From NCBI GenBank assembly GCA_965277285.1, contig OZ255721.1, forward strand, positions 480,001 through 544,000: a DNA stretch of 64,000 nucleotides. Reading direction: 5' to 3'. The position numbers and the translations under genes were made by a program. A model generated the notes under the pieces. The model saw nothing but the letters and a program-made list of their open reading frames with translations, was not told the origin of the DNA and did no database searches. The stretch is from Abditibacteriaceae bacterium (GTDB lineage: Bacteria > Armatimonadota > Abditibacteriia > Abditibacteriales > Abditibacteriaceae). This document shows, piece by piece, positions 9,952 through 19,102 of this stretch (positions are counted from its first letter, which is position 1; each line of letters starts with the position of its first letter).

Positions 9952-10192
9952 GCAGAAGTTCGCTACTAACGGAACAACAAGGCGATGATCCCGACTTTCT
10001 ATATTTTTCGTTTCCGTTGGTTCAACTTGGTTAACAGACAAGATTTTGCAGGCGCAAACGGCCAAGTTCATTTCGAGAAAACAAAAACGCGTTGTGAGGA
10101 AAGTTTGGTGTGGAGAAACGTTATAGTAACTCTACGTCGTGCAAAAAGGCCGCATCGAGTACTCGATTGGCGCTACTTCGTTCAGAATAAGG

Positions 10193-13100
10193 ATGCTCTC
10201 GATGGTTTTTCAAAAACTTGTGTGCTGGATGTCGCTTTGTATTTTGCTGCTTGTCGCTTCGCTGCCTGGTCGCGCACAGGTTTTATCTGCCGCAAATAAA
10301 GGCGCGTTTGTGACACTGATCCAAGCGAGCGATCTCGACGATGCGGCTTTTGCGCAGTGGTTTGATGGCAGCGAAAAGGGCGATGTGCGCGGGCTTGGAA
10401 ACGAAGCGTTGCCCGAAGGCGCGCGTCACGTTTTATGGACGCGAGATAGCCGTATTTCTTGGGATGGCGTGCGCTTTGGAATCTCGAAGATTTCCGGCGC
10501 GCGCTATTTGCGCATCGGGTTCAAAACGCCGCTTTCGGTTGGAACAATTCTGGTGCGCGGATCGGTTCAGGTCAGCGTGCTCAAGGCGAACGCGACGTAT
10601 CCCGGAGCTTTGAACGACGATGCGCAATGGATTCCAGCCTGGCGCGTCAAGGACGATCAATCGACGCGCGATGAGCCGAACAGCGAAGAATATAGCGCGT
10701 GGATTTTGCCGCCTCACACTATCACGCGCGCCCTGCGCTTCACGCACACCAGTTCTCCGACCGACAACGATTACGCGGGTTATCTGGGCGGCGTTTACAT
10801 CTTGGGCGAACGCTGGGCCAACATCGCGCCGCAAGCCAAAGCGACAACGAGCGCCAACAACGACCGCGCAAGTCTCATCAACAATGGCAGCAACGACAAA
10901 ACGTGGGGCGCCTGGGACAACGGAAGTGAAGGCGGCGCGCAAGCCGTTTCGCCGGAGCATCTCGAAACCATGATGTTGACATGGCCAAAGCCCGTCACCT
11001 TGCGCGGATTGTGCACTTTGTGGACGGGTTTCGGTGCGGCGCAGGTCGAGATTTATAATGGTTCCACGTCGAGCGATCCGCGCACGGCGCCCGATTCCGA
11101 CTGGCAAAAGATCGGCGATTTTAGCGGTTTGCAGAACTTTTATCCTTTGCAACTGGGGCCGAACTGGATGGATTTCGGGCGCGATGTTTCGACGCGCGCC
11201 GTGAGATTGCGCATCACTTCCACAACGCAGGAAACGCATCCGCACCTGAACGGCAAGACCAAAGACGGCAAGCGCATCTGGCTGGGCGAATTGATGGCGT
11301 GGCAGCCTTTGGGCGATACCGCTTTGATAACGCCCGCGCCCATATCGAGTACTCGAAAGGCGCCGCATCCGCCGATTGCGATTCGTTTTCGCCTGCCAAT
11401 TGCGTCCTATGTCACGCTGGTGATTGAAAAACCGAACGGCGTGCGGGTGCGCAATCTGGTTGCGGAAACACGTTTTCCCGCGGGCGACAACGTTGTCTGG
11501 TGGGACGGCATGGACGATTTGGGGCGCGATGCGGACGCGGCTCATCACGGCGTTTATCGCGTGCCGGGCGCTTTCGTGGCGCCTGGAAATTATCGCGTGC
11601 GCGGATTGTATCACGCGGCGATTGACTTGCGCTATCAGTTTTCGGTTTATAACGCCGGTTCGCCCGCTTGGGACACCGCCGATGGAACCGGCGGCTGGCT
11701 GACCAATCACACGCCGCCTTCGAGCGCTCTCTTTCTGCCCGCCAAAAGTTCGCCGACCGGCAAGGACATGTTTTATCTGGGCAGTTATGTCAGCGAAGGC
11801 GGCAGCGGGTTGGCGTGGGTCAATCTGAATGGGCGAAAACTTGGTGGGCGTGGCTGGGTTGGCGGCAACTGGACAGCGGCGCCGTTTCTGGCGCGCGACA
11901 GCGGCGACAAAGCGATTCCCGACACCAATGCTTACGTCGGCTCGGCGTGGGAAGGCGAACTGCGCTTGACCGCTTTAACCAAAAGCGGCGATAAAGCCGT
12001 TCTCACGCCGACATTTAAGTTCGATGGCGGCAGCGATGCAGAGCGCAAGCAGAACTCGGTTTTGGGCGGCATCGCGGTGCGCAACGGCGTTTTAGTGGCG
12101 AGTTTGACGCGGCAAAATCAATTACTGTGGATTGATGTCGCGCAGGGCAAAAGGCTGGGAACAACGACGTTGGACGATCCGCGTGGCGTGGCTTTCGATG
12201 CGCAAGGACGCTTGCTGGCGCTTTCGAGTACTCGATTGCTGCGCTTCGATGTCCCCAACAATCCAGTGCAAACGTCTTCTCCGCCAACGTCTTCTCCGCA
12301 AACGTCTTCTCCGCAAACGTTGGCGACCGATTTACAAGACCCGCAAGGTTTGGCGCTTGACGATGCGGGAAACATTTACGTCAGCGAGCGCGGCGCTTCG
12401 CATCAAGTGAAAGTGTTCGATGCGAGTGGAAAATTGCGGCGCGCGATTGGTCATGCGGGCGCGCCCGTTGCGGGCAAATATGATGCGGAACACATGAACA
12501 ATCCGCGAGGCCTGACGATTGATTCGCTGGGTCATTTGTGGGTGGCGGAAGAAGATTATCAGCCGAAGCGCGTCAGTGTGTGGGATGCGCCAAGCGGCAA
12601 GCTGCTTCATGCGTTTTACGGCCCGTCGTCTTATGGCGGAGGCGGCACGCTCGATCCGCGCGACCGCACGCGTTTTTATTACACCGGCATGGAGTTCAAG
12701 ATCGATTGGAAGAGCGGCGAAAATCATCCTGTGAACATCTTCAGTCGTCCTGGCGCCAACGATTTGCCGATGCCCGATGGTTTCGGCGTCAACAACAAGC
12801 CGGAAACGCCGCTGTACGCCGACAATCGCCAGTACATGACGAACTGCTACAACTCGAATCCGACCAATGGCGCCAGCATCGCGCTGTTGTGGATGATGAA
12901 AAATGATGTGGCGGTTCCCGTCGCCGCGATGGGCATGGCCAACGATTGGAGCGTGTTCAAAGACATCCGCCAGAATCCGCAAAAGACCGCTTTTGCCGCG
13001 CTTTTGCCGCCTGGCGTTGATCCCGCGCGAGGCGTGTGGGACGGTCACGCGCTGTTTTTTATCTGGCAGGATAAGAACGGCGATGGTCAAATTCAGCCCG

Positions 13101-14584
13101 ACGAAGTGACGTTTCGCAAGCTGGACAAAGGTCCTTGCGACGGCGTTACCGTAATGCCCGATTTGTCGTTTCTGGCCACCAATTTGAACGGACAAACTGA
13201 ACGTTTTCGCCCACAGGGTTTTCTTCCCGGCGGCGTTCCCGAGTACTCGAATGCGGGTGAAGTTTTGGCCACGGGCGCGCAACATCCGACCACATCGGGC
13301 GGCGGCCAAACGCTGCTCAGCAACGACGATTGGACAATTTTGACCGTCGCGCCGCAACCGTTCAGCGCTCTTGGAATGGGCGGCGTGAAAAGTGGCGTGC
13401 CGTTGTGGACGTATCCTTCGTTGTGGCCGGGCCTGCACGCCAGCCACGAAGCGCCGACTGCCGATGAGCCTGGCGAAGTGTTGGGCACAACGCGCTTGCT
13501 GGGCGGTTTTGTGACGCCGCAAAAAAGTGACGCCGGGCCTTTGTGGGCGATCAACGGCAACTTCGGCGACATGTATGTCTTCACGCAGGACGGCCTGTTC
13601 GTGACGCAACTTTTCCGCGATGTACGCAGCGGCAAATTGTGGACGATGCCGGTCGCGCAACGCGATATGTTGGTCAACGATGTTTCGCTGCACGACGAAA
13701 ATTTCTGGCCGACCTGGACGCAAACCGCCGATGGCCAAATTTATCTCAACTCGAGTTTGCCCAACATCGTGCGCGTTGACGGTTTGGAAACGATTCGGCG
13801 CTTGCCCGTCAAAACGCTGCGTGTCACAACCGTCGACTTGCAAAACGCGCAAGCTTACTTTGTGCAAAGCGAAGCCGCGCGTCAGAGTAGCGAAGGCGAC
13901 AAAGTTTTGAAAATCGCTATAAGCGCGGCGCCGCCAATTGTGGACGGCAATCTGGACGATTGGCAAGGCGCGGATTGGGCGACGATTGACAAGCGCGGCG
14001 TTGCAGCCTGGTTCGATTCCAATTCCAAACCGTACAATGTCGTTGCGGCGCTGCGCGTTTCCGGCGACCGCTTGTATGCCGCTTTCAAAACCGGCGATGC
14101 GAACTTGCTGAACAACAGCGGCGAAGTTCCCAATGCGCTTTTCAAAACCGGCGGCGCGCTCGACCTGATGCTGGACGCAATTCCTGGCGGTGAACGCTTG
14201 ATAGTGACGCAAGTTGGCGGCAAAACGCGAGCGCTTTTGTATCGCGCGCACGTTCCAAACACCACGACAGAAACCGTGCCGTTTTCTTCGCCGCTTCGCA
14301 CCATCCGTTTTGATCGCGTGGATGACATCAGCGCCGATGTCAATCTGGCTACAAATGGCAAAGGCAATTTCGAGTACTCGATTCCTCTTTCAACGTTGGG
14401 TTTGACAGTGCACGAAGGCGCGCAAATGAAGGGCGACCTCGGCCTTTTGCGCGGCGATGGGCGGCAAACCACGCAGCGCGTTTACTGGAGCAACAAAGCA
14501 ACTGGCATCACCTCGGATGTGCCCAGCGAAGCCGAACTCACGCCGCAATTGTGGGGGCGCTGGATTTTTCAAGCCCAGCCTTAA
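10193..14584 (+). CDS. large secreted protein: FlgD-like Ig segment, NHL/beta-propeller repeats, C-terminal carbohydrate-binding-like domain
   Basis: signal-peptide-like N-terminus; VRNLV...VVWWDGMDD; repeated DPxGLALD/NPRGLTID; PIVDGNLDDW motif; start codon uncertain. Confidence 0.7.
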   Translation: MLSMVFQKLVCWMSLCILLLVASLPGRAQVLSAANKGAFVTLIQASDLDDAAFAQWFDGSEKGDVRGLGNEALPEGARHVLWTRDSRISWDGVRFGISKISGARYLRIGFKTPLSVGTILVRGSVQVSVLKANATYPGALNDDAQWIPAWRVKDDQSTRDEPNSEEYSAWILPPHTITRALRFTHTSSPTDNDYAGYLGGVYILGERWANIAPQAKATTSANNDRASLINNGSNDKTWGAWDNGSEGGAQAVSPEHLETMMLTWPKPVTLRGLCTLWTGFGAAQVEIYNGSTSSDPRTAPDSDWQKIGDFSGLQNFYPLQLGPNWMDFGRDVSTRAVRLRITSTTQETHPHLNGKTKDGKRIWLGELMAWQPLGDTALITPAPISSTRKAPHPPIAIRFRLPIASYVTLVIEKPNGVRVRNLVAETRFPAGDNVVWWDGMDDLGRDADAAHHGVYRVPGAFVAPGNYRVRGLYHAAIDLRYQFSVYNAGSPAWDTADGTGGWLTNHTPPSSALFLPAKSSPTGKDMFYLGSYVSEGGSGLAWVNLNGRKLGGRGWVGGNWTAAPFLARDSGDKAIPDTNAYVGSAWEGELRLTALTKSGDKAVLTPTFKFDGGSDAERKQNSVLGGIAVRNGVLVASLTRQNQLLWIDVAQGKRLGTTTLDDPRGVAFDAQGRLLALSSTRLLRFDVPNNPVQTSSPPTSSPQTSSPQTLATDLQDPQGLALDDAGNIYVSERGASHQVKVFDASGKLRRAIGHAGAPVAGKYDAEHMNNPRGLTIDSLGHLWVAEEDYQPKRVSVWDAPSGKLLHAFYGPSSYGGGGTLDPRDRTRFYYTGMEFKIDWKSGENHPVNIFSRPGANDLPMPDGFGVNNKPETPLYADNRQYMTNCYNSNPTNGASIALLWMMKNDVAVPVAAMGMANDWSVFKDIRQNPQKTAFAALLPPGVDPARGVWDGHALFFIWQDKNGDGQIQPDEVTFRKLDKGPCDGVTVMPDLSFLATNLNGQTERFRPQGFLPGGVPEYSNAGEVLATGAQHPTTSGGGQTLLSNDDWTILTVAPQPFSALGMGGVKSGVPLWTYPSLWPGLHASHEAPTADEPGEVLGTTRLLGGFVTPQKSDAGPLWAINGNFGDMYVFTQDGLFVTQLFRDVRSGKLWTMPVAQRDMLVNDVSLHDENFWPTWTQTADGQIYLNSSLPNIVRVDGLETIRRLPVKTLRVTTVDLQNAQAYFVQSEAARQSSEGDKVLKIAISAAPPIVDGNLDDWQGADWATIDKRGVAAWFDSNSKPYNVVAALRVSGDRLYAAFKTGDANLLNNSGEVPNALFKTGGALDLMLDAIPGGERLIVTQVGGKTRALLYRAHVPNTTTETVPFSSPLRTIRFDRVDDISADVNLATNGKGNFEYSIPLSTLGLTVHEGAQMKGDLGLLRGDGRQTTQRVYWSNKATGITSDVPSEAELTPQLWGRWIFQAQP

Positions 14585-14731
14585 ATGGCTCTATCGCGTG
14601 AGTCGATGGAAAGAACCCCGAGCGTAAGCAACGGGTGAAACTGGGAGTTACATTAAACTGCGAGTTCACCCGTCGCTTACGCTCGGGGTTCTTTCATAGG
14701 TTCTGACCTACCTTTGTACCTGAGACGCTAA
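14582..14731 (-). repeat. family A element, copy 2 (opposite orientation)
   Basis: arms GAAAGAACCCCGAGCGTAAGCRACGGGTGAA at 14609-14639 / 14665-14695; flanks match copy 1 reversed. Confidence 0.8.
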
Positions 14732-14984
14732 CTCCTTTTAGCTGTTGCTTTACCGGTGACTTTACGAAACTTGACAAAATTATGGTTTGAAAAAGCATCG
14801 TGCGGGGAATGATTAGATATTAAGCCGTCTCGCGCAAAGTTCAGGATGTTGATTGCGAAGTCCAGAAAGTTGCTGCATGGATTCAGTGGCGAACCTGACA
14901 ATTGCGTGGCCAGAACGTTATTGTCAAACAAAGTTGGTTTTCGAGTACTCGAACACGCATGACCAGGACACCGGAGGTTTTAGG

Positions 14985-16352
14985 ATGCCTGTTTCAGATA
15001 GCGATTTAATTCGTTACGCTCATTTAATGCGCCGCGCCGGTTTCGGTGCGCGCTCCGACGATTACGATAACTTCGCGCAAATCGGTCTCGACAAAGCGAC
15101 CACGGCGTTGTTGCAGCCCGCAACGGTGGCCGATCCTGTCGATGGATTGCTGCAGGAAACGGGCGACGATTATTTCGATTACGACGATCTGGACAGCAGC
15201 AAGCGCTGGTGGCTGTTTCGCATGGCTCGCACGCGGCGTCCGCTGGTCGAAAAAATGACGCTGTTCTGGCACAACCATTTTTCGACCGCAATCTATAAAG
15301 TCAACAATATGAAGTGGATGGTGCAGCAAAACCAATTGCTGCGCGCCAACGCTCTGGGTTCGTTTCCCACTTTGCTGAAAGCGCTGGTGCAAGATCCGGC
15401 GATGTTGGCGTGGCTCGATGGCGGTCAGAATCGCAAGGGCGCGCCCAATGAAAACTTCGCGCGCGAGTTGATGGAGTTGTTCACTTTGGGCGTCAACGGC
15501 GGCTATACCGAAGCCGATGTCAAAGCTGGCGCGCGCGCTTTCACCGGCTGGACGTGTGATTACAACTCGTCGCAGGCGGTTTTTCACCCGAAAGATTTTG
15601 ACGATGGCCCGAAAAAGTTCCTGGGCTACGATTCGCGCTTGGACAACGACGACATCATCAACATCGTGGTGCGACATCCTTCCACGGCGAAGTTTGTTTG
15701 CGGGAAAATGGCGCGCTTTTTCATCGGCGACAGCGCTTCACCGCAATTGATCGAATCGCTGGCCGCGACTTTCACCAAAAGCCATTTTGAAATCAGGCCG
15801 GTAATGACGGAGATTTTGACTTCGCCGGAGTTTTATTCGGACGCGGCGATGTACGGCAAAATCAAAAGTCCCGTCGAGTACTCGATTGGTTTGCTGCGCA
15901 CGCTGAACGCGCCGATGACGGCAGGCAATCAGATCACCGGAACCTTGAATGAAATGGGTCAGGAATTGTTCAATCCGCCGACCGTTAAAGGCTGGAGCGA
16001 AGGCGAATCGTGGCTCAACACCGCAACCTTGATGGCGCGTCGCAAATTCGCCATGCAAATCACAGATGTTCTGGGTCGCCACAACCATTTCCCCGATGTC
16101 ATACGCGCCAGCGTGAAAGGCATCGGGCGCGATGCCGCCACGCTGCAAACGCCGGAAGCCCTCGTCGATGCGCTGTGGTTTTTGATGATGCCGGGCCGCA
16201 CGCCGACCAACCAAACGCGCACTGCTTTAATTAATTACGCGCGTGGTTCGACTGATAAACCCAAGCCAGACGCCAAACCGATTGATTTCAATTCGCGCGC
16301 GCCCGGCACCTTGATGTTGATTATCGGCACGCCGGAATATCAGTTGTGCTAA
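14985..16352 (+). CDS. DUF1800 family protein
   Basis: HLMRRAGFG, EKMTLFWHNHF, DPAML.WLD, PNENFARELMELFTLG, PPTVKGW, PEYQL. Confidence 0.93.
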   Translation: MPVSDSDLIRYAHLMRRAGFGARSDDYDNFAQIGLDKATTALLQPATVADPVDGLLQETGDDYFDYDDLDSSKRWWLFRMARTRRPLVEKMTLFWHNHFSTAIYKVNNMKWMVQQNQLLRANALGSFPTLLKALVQDPAMLAWLDGGQNRKGAPNENFARELMELFTLGVNGGYTEADVKAGARAFTGWTCDYNSSQAVFHPKDFDDGPKKFLGYDSRLDNDDIINIVVRHPSTAKFVCGKMARFFIGDSASPQLIESLAATFTKSHFEIRPVMTEILTSPEFYSDAAMYGKIKSPVEYSIGLLRTLNAPMTAGNQITGTLNEMGQELFNPPTVKGWSEGESWLNTATLMARRKFAMQITDVLGRHNHFPDVIRASVKGIGRDAATLQTPEALVDALWFLMMPGRTPTNQTRTALINYARGSTDKPKPDAKPIDFNSRAPGTLMLIIGTPEYQLC

Positions 16353-16372
16353 ACGATTCGAGTACTCGATTA

Positions 16373-16459
16373 ACGAACTCGGAACGTCAGTGACGGGTGG
16401 AAAATGAGAGTTACATGAGGTTGTTATTTTTCACCCGTCACTGACGTTCCGAGTTCGTT
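16373..16459. repeat. family A-related inverted repeat (inner arms only)
   Basis: ACGAACTCGGAACGTCAGTGACGGGTG / CACCCGTCACTGACGTTCCGAGTTCGT. Confidence 0.75.
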
Positions 16460-16508
16460 GATTACCCCGTCGAATCGTTTTTAAGTCGTCAGTTGTCCAG
16501 GAGTTTTT

Positions 16509-17771
16509 ATGTCCATGAAGCGTCGAGAGTTCATTCGCAACGGCCTGACTTTTGTCGCGCTGGGTGCGGCCATGCCGACCGTTTTGATGCAGGCCGCGCA
16601 AGCCGCCGAAACTGCTCCGTCCGGTTCGGCTGCGGGCAGCGCGATTCCTGACGGCAAGATTCTGGTCGTCATCGAAATGACGGGCGGCAACGACGGCTTG
16701 AACACGGTTGTGCCTTACAAGGACGCGGCGTATGCGAGTTTGCGCCCCAGCATCGGCATTTCGTCCAAAGATGTGACGGCGATCAGCGACAAGTTGGGCG
16801 TTCATCCGAAGCTGGCGTCGCTGGCGAAGATGTTCGAGCAAGGGCAGGTCGCGGTTGTCAACGGCGTGGGTTATCCCAGTCCGAACCGCAGCCATTTCGA
16901 CAGCATGGACATCTGGCAAACCGGAAATCCGACGCGCGACATCAGTCATCGCAGTGGCTGGCTGGCGCGTTATTTCGATGCTGATGGACATCTCAAAGGC
17001 AACCCGATGGCGGGCGTCATGGTCGGCGGCGCGATGCCTTTGGCAATGACGGGCGACGTTTCCTCGGCTTCGGTTTTCACCGATCAAGGCAACAACTACG
17101 GCGTTGGCGGCGGCTCCGACCGCGACTTGCAAAACCAGACGATGCAGGATCTTTACGCGCAGGGAACGGTCGCCGGATCAAACGCCGATTTCGCGCTGAA
17201 AATCGGCAACGATGCTTACTCAAACTCGGAAACGTTCAAGCGCGCCCTCAATTCTTACGACACGCGCGCCGGAAAACAGGCCGAATATCCGCGCTACAAT
17301 GGCTTTGCGTCCGGCTTGCAAACCATCGCCAAGCTGATAACGGGCGGCGTCAAAACACGCGTTTACTACCTCAACTTGGGCGGCTTCGATACGCACGCCA
17401 ATCAGCCTTACAGTCATGGACAATTGCTGGGATTGCTGGGCGACAGCCTGGCGGCGTTTTACGAAGACTTGAAAATGCAGGGCCGCGACAAAGATGTCGC
17501 CGTGATGACGTTTTCCGAGTTCGGGCGGCGCGCCAAGGAAAATGCGTCGTCGGGAACTGATCACGGCGCGGCCAGCGTGATGTTTGTGGTCGGCGGCGGC
17601 ATCAAAGGCGGCATCTACGGCGATTATCCCAGCCTGACCGACCTGGACGACGGCGACTTGCGGTTCCACACCGATTTTCGCCAGGTTTACGCGACGCTGC
17701 TCGACAAATGGCTGGTCAGCCCGTCGCAAACCGTTTTGAACGGCCAATACGAACATCTCAATTTCGTTTAA
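16509..17771 (+). CDS. DUF1501 family protein with Tat signal
   Basis: KRREFI twin-arginine signal; GGNDGLN, RSHF, GGFDTH, SEFGR, GTDHG; adjacent to DUF1800. Confidence 0.93.
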   Translation: MSMKRREFIRNGLTFVALGAAMPTVLMQAAQAAETAPSGSAAGSAIPDGKILVVIEMTGGNDGLNTVVPYKDAAYASLRPSIGISSKDVTAISDKLGVHPKLASLAKMFEQGQVAVVNGVGYPSPNRSHFDSMDIWQTGNPTRDISHRSGWLARYFDADGHLKGNPMAGVMVGGAMPLAMTGDVSSASVFTDQGNNYGVGGGSDRDLQNQTMQDLYAQGTVAGSNADFALKIGNDAYSNSETFKRALNSYDTRAGKQAEYPRYNGFASGLQTIAKLITGGVKTRVYYLNLGGFDTHANQPYSHGQLLGLLGDSLAAFYEDLKMQGRDKDVAVMTFSEFGRRAKENASSGTDHGAASVMFVVGGGIKGGIYGDYPSLTDLDDGDLRFHTDFRQVYATLLDKWLVSPSQTVLNGQYEHLNFV

Positions 17772-17776
17772 AAGGC

Positions 17777-17842
17777 GCCACAAAAATACAATGAGTACTC
17801 GAATTGAGTACTCGAATTGAGTACTCATTGTATTTTTGTGGC
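17777..17842. terminator. bidirectional hairpin containing three tandem GAGTACTC cores
   Basis: GCCACAAAAATACAATGAGTACTC / GAGTACTCATTGTATTTTTGTGGC between convergent genes. Confidence 0.65.
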
Positions 17843-17855
17843 TAAATTTCAGCAT

Positions 17856-18170
17856 TCAGCGTAGCGTAACAAGGTGCCATACAACCAGCGCGCCCATGAT
17901 TTGCGCCAGAATGTACAGCACGGCGAACAAGCGATAGGATTGACCGTGCTTTTTGTGATGTTGGCGCGGCACGCCCGCATACGACCAGCGCGCCAGAAAG
18001 CAGCAGTTAGCAAAAATTAAAGCCGATGCGATCAACGTGATTTTGAACGGCCACCAGCCGCCAACGTGATAAATCGCAAACAAGCTCGCCGGAACCCACA
18101 CTAACGCCCCGAAAAATCCGCCGACCAAACCAAAAGCGCGTCCCAACGATAATGGTTCAGGTTCGTTCAT
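17856..18170 (-). CDS. small membrane protein (3 predicted TM segments)
   Basis: hydrophobic stretches; likely start MNEPEP. Confidence 0.65.
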   Translation of the reverse strand: MNEPEPLSLGRAFGLVGGFFGALVWVPASLFAIYHVGGWWPFKITLIASALIFANCCFLARWSYAGVPRQHHKKHGQSYRLFAVLYILAQIMGALVVWHLVTLR

Positions 18171-18268
18171 AGCTGAGAATGGCAGTAAGAAAAATCTGTA
18201 GGCGCATAACCTGAAGTGTGCCCACAACATTGCACGCTTCGAGTACTCGATCTGCGCTCAAGATGTTT

Positions 18269-18841
18269 TCACCACGAAGGCCGCGAGAACATCTGCGTGA
18301 TCCAGAGGTCGCCGTTTTTGTTGGTGATAATGCCGATGCCAATGCGTTGCACACTCGGGTAAAGAATGTTGGCGCGATGTCCGGGCGAGTTCATCAAAGC
18401 GTTGTGACCGGTTTGAATGGTGCGCAGCGTGATTGTTTGCGGCTCGCTGCTCCAGGCGCGATAAATGTTCTCGGCGATAACGGCGGGCGTTTGGCCGAAC
18501 GCCGCGATGTAACGATCCAGCGGCTCGCGCAAATTGGCAGTCGGCGATTGGTGCGCGAAATAACTTTTGTCGCGCATTTCAGTCGAATGCGCCCGCGCTA
18601 CTTGCGCCAGATTTTCATCGAAAATTAGCGGCGACAAACTGGCGTTTTTGCGCGCCGCGTTCACCATTTGCGCCATTTGTTTTTCCATGTTCGCCAACTG
18701 CGCATCGTTTTGTAGCACGCGAACTGGTGTTGGATTCGGCGCCTTTCTGGTTTTTGTTGCGGCGTGTACGTTCAGGGAACCCAAAAACATCAGCGTGCCG
18801 GAAAGCACGAACAACGCGGCCCAATTCTTCAGAAACTTCAT
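18269..18841 (-). CDS. CAP/SCP-domain secreted protein
   Basis: VNAARKNASLSPL, ARAHSTEM..YFAH, AENI, LMNSPGHRANIL. Confidence 0.92.
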   Translation of the reverse strand: MKFLKNWAALFVLSGTLMFLGSLNVHAATKTRKAPNPTPVRVLQNDAQLANMEKQMAQMVNAARKNASLSPLIFDENLAQVARAHSTEMRDKSYFAHQSPTANLREPLDRYIAAFGQTPAVIAENIYRAWSSEPQTITLRTIQTGHNALMNSPGHRANILYPSVQRIGIGIITNKNGDLWITQMFSRPSW

Positions 18842-18938
18842 CGTTCGCTTTTCCTTTGTTGCGAAAATCTGCTGAAAGACGAGGCGATGTCCGGCGCGTT
18901 CGCGTGTTTTCGTCCGTCAGACTTCCTGCAGCGTCAAC

Positions 18939-19005
18939 GAACCCCAAGCGTAAGCGCGGGGCTTGCGTAGCAACCACGTCAGCCCCGCGCTTACGCTTGA
19001 GGTTC
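18939..19005. repeat. REP-like family B copy 1 (GAACCCCAAGCGTAAGCGCGGGGCT arms)
   Basis: inverted arms; related copies at 57812-57945 and 60964-61040. Confidence 0.8.
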
Positions 19006-19102
19006 TATAAACGATTTAACAGTTGCTTGCGTTTACAGTGTGACAAAAAATAGAAACGCGATTTGCGAACGAACCGGTTTTGCGCTTATAATCAGCGGGC
19101 TT

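Larger units (their letters stand above)
6680..9996 (+). mobile_element. integron gene-cassette array without integrase (CALIN), 5 cassettes
   Basis: co-oriented short AT-richer ORFs separated by four related ~87-111 bp imperfect hairpins bounded by ...CAAC/TAAC and GTT... core sites; fifth site truncated. Confidence 0.88.

Noticed and set aside
12332..14251. Long antisense ORFs (for example 12332-14251, 10433-11710, 24209-25816, 35678-36613, 61636-62586)
   Set aside because: They mirror well-supported genes on the other strand, as expected in GC-rich DNA, and show no family motifs.
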